From Anolis carolinensis (taxonomy: Eukaryota), in NCBI RefSeq assembly GCF_035594765.1, contig NC_085843.1:65456201-65520200 (forward strand): DNA of 64,000 bases, written 5' to 3'. Shown in pieces: positions 61,822-64,000 of this stretch. The position numbers and the translations under genes are program-made. Position 1 is the stretch's first letter, and each line of letters starts with the position of its first letter. Below the pieces are notes generated by a model. That model had not been told where the DNA came from. It made no database searches and saw only the letters and a list, made by a program, of their open reading frames with translations.

Positions 61822-62009
61822 GGGTGCATCTACACTGCATAATTTACAATGTTTATCATCATAGGGGTTTGTATTTTTTGAGGTATTCAGGCTTCTCTTC
61901 CAAATATTGTTGATGCCTCACCAACTATAACTCCCTTGATTCCATAACATTAAGCCATGGTAGTTAAAGTGGTGTCAAACTGAATTAATTCTGTAGTCCA
62001 GATGCACCC
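61822..62009. mobile_element. Harbinger-type MITE
   Basis: TIR GGGTGCATCT / AGATGCACCC. Confidence 0.8.
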
Positions 62010-63971
62010 TTGGTTTTTATCTGGAAGTTGATGAGCTGCTTTATCTGAGGAAGTGAGCTTCCTCCTAAGTGGGCTACATGGAATATGTGAAGCAGCTAAA
62101 CATTTGCAACATCCAAAGGCTCATGCTAGCTATCATGGGAGAAGTATTTCTCATACCATGCTTGGTTTTCTTACTATTGATTCAAATGGTTGAGGCATTA
62201 TTTAAACTTGCTCCAAGTTGGCTGCAGATTGTAGTTGTTCCTGTTGGTCAACAGACCAATGGTGTTCTAACAAATCCAAGGTGATTTCTGCACCATATCC
62301 TTCCTCCAGAATACTCCATTTGGAGAACCTTCCATTACCTGCTATTGGCAATTGGTTTATCCTCACTAACCTATCTGTGAGTGTAGTCCAGGAGCCTCTA
62401 CCTTATCCATAGTTCTCTTGCACTAATCATTGAGTAGATGTGTTGAGAATTCATACATTCTGCAATGACAGGCAAGAATTAGAAATGGCATCTTCTGTTT
62501 AGAAACATAGCTAAAGTAATTTTGCTAGTGGTTAAAGATCATTTTATTTTCTTGGGAATTTTAATCTCTTCTTAAATTAGATTTCTTTCACCTAGCTCAC
62601 ATTTCCTCCTTTAAAAAGTATGTTTTATTAGATTGTGGCTTTTAGCACATTTAAAAACTCTTAATCATATCATCTTACAAACATGACAACAGGACAGGTT
62701 ATTTTAAATGACATAACATAAAAATACATCCTAAGCTAATGAAAATATATCAAAGGCATACAAAAAGGAATGTTTAATTACCCACCATTGCTTCATGCTG
62801 TACTCTATAACATTTATGTCTATAGTCACAGAAGTTTTGAAGTTATTATTGAGAGAGGAGGGGTGAGAGGGAGGAAGAGAGAAAATAATACTAAATGGAT
62901 GTTAATTTTTAAATAGCCTTATCAACAAATAGGCAAATTTAACTAAGATAAATTGCAAAATTATTGTCTTTTGCCTTTGCTTCGAACAGAGCTCCTTTGT
63001 TTTCCATCTATAAACAACTTCTTTCACTCATTGTTACTAGAACTGATGACACGAGACCAATAATGTGTAGATTGAATCATACTAACAAGAAACCAAAGCA
63101 ATTCTGATGTTTTGGAAATGAAATCATGGCCTAGTTCTACTTCCTGACCCCAGGCAAATGACTGACATTGGAGAAGACTGTGACCTGCTTAGAGTGGTTT
63201 AGTGTGTCAACTGCCACCTGGTTTTATGTCACTGAGCATTTAATGAAGCTGACTAAATAAGGCAGAGCTAACCTAGAAAAAGACATCAGACTTAAGTTAT
63301 ATTTGTAGGCTGATTCCTTTTCACATAAATTTAAATACCAAGTGGAGTCATTTCCTAGCAAGGAGTGTACAGCATTTTTAGGCTATCTGGAAAGATTAAG
63401 GATTCAGGTTAGCTATGTGGTACTCTGGTTTTGCTTGGCTGACCACTTTGATTTTAGCTTAAAATCTGCAGTATACTAGATTTCCTTTCTCCTGCAATAG
63501 ATAATGTAAATGATGCCCCCCTCTTTTTGAAATACAATTACATTTTGCTTCTATAAAATAAAGAAGAGAAGCTGCCTTAGCAGGCAATGTCAGCACCAAT
63601 ACAAGGTAGACAGCTGCCTTTGACTGGTGACAGCGAATAGTAAATCTATTTTTATTAATGTAATTAGAGTGGTTTCAGGATTTGGCAAACCTATTCCATG
63701 CTTTTTGAAAACTGAAGAGAAAGACTGCATCTCATGGAGTGTGTCCTACGTGAAGGTCTACATCTTGTACTTCAGCTCAAATTAAGGCTAGAGGGTTTTT
63801 ACTCCAAGCCTGGTTTAGTCCTTATTAGAATTGAGAAAGGGAGTTGAATAACACTTTAGCAGTGTCATGTCCCCTTGAATTCCTCCATACAAAATGCTTT
63901 GGTCATTGTTTTACTTTTTCCAAGCAGCTTAAGGGACAACATAATTCCTTTTTGAGATGTTGTGTATACTG

Positions 63972-64000
63972 TGGAATACTGTGTCCAATTTTGGGCACCG
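63972..64000 (+). mobile_element. Start of another 5'-truncated CR1 (runs off the window)
   Basis: TGGAATACTGTGTCCAATTTTGGGCACC is identical to 28586-28613. Confidence 0.85.

Noticed and set aside
62200-62402. About 66 open codons on the minus strand
   Set aside because: No ATG, no convincing splice sites and no recognisable family; within chance for this window size

Overview
Eukaryotic, repeat-rich vertebrate DNA. The repeat set (CR1, L2, L1, RTE/BovB, R4/Dong, Penelope, Sauria-type SINEs, hAT/Tigger/Harbinger MITEs) is what I recognise from squamates, most likely an Anolis lizard; this is from recall, not a database search. I could not support any host protein-coding exon, so the window looks intergenic or deep-intronic. 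All long ORFs belong to retroelements: a near-intact CR1 ORF2 (26.7-29.0 kb), a Penelope RT + GIY-YIG ORF (38.4-39.5 kb), a decayed L1 (6.4-8.4 kb) and an R4/Dong fragment (54-55 kb). There are two assembly gaps. The best-supported structures are: (1) nested insertions with readable target-site duplications (L1 inside the hammerhead motif of a fold-back Penelope; CR1 inside a solo LTR inside a Tigger-like MITE; R4/Dong inside an L2 tail microsatellite); (2) two 5'-inverted non-L1 LINE insertions; (3) three minimal hammerhead ribozyme motifs; (4) a CpG-rich MITE built of hairpins. In apparently non-repetitive DNA there is a palindromic double RE1/NRSE-like site and an HNF1/nuclear-receptor motif cluster. 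I do not see evidence for a wholly new multi-gene system.
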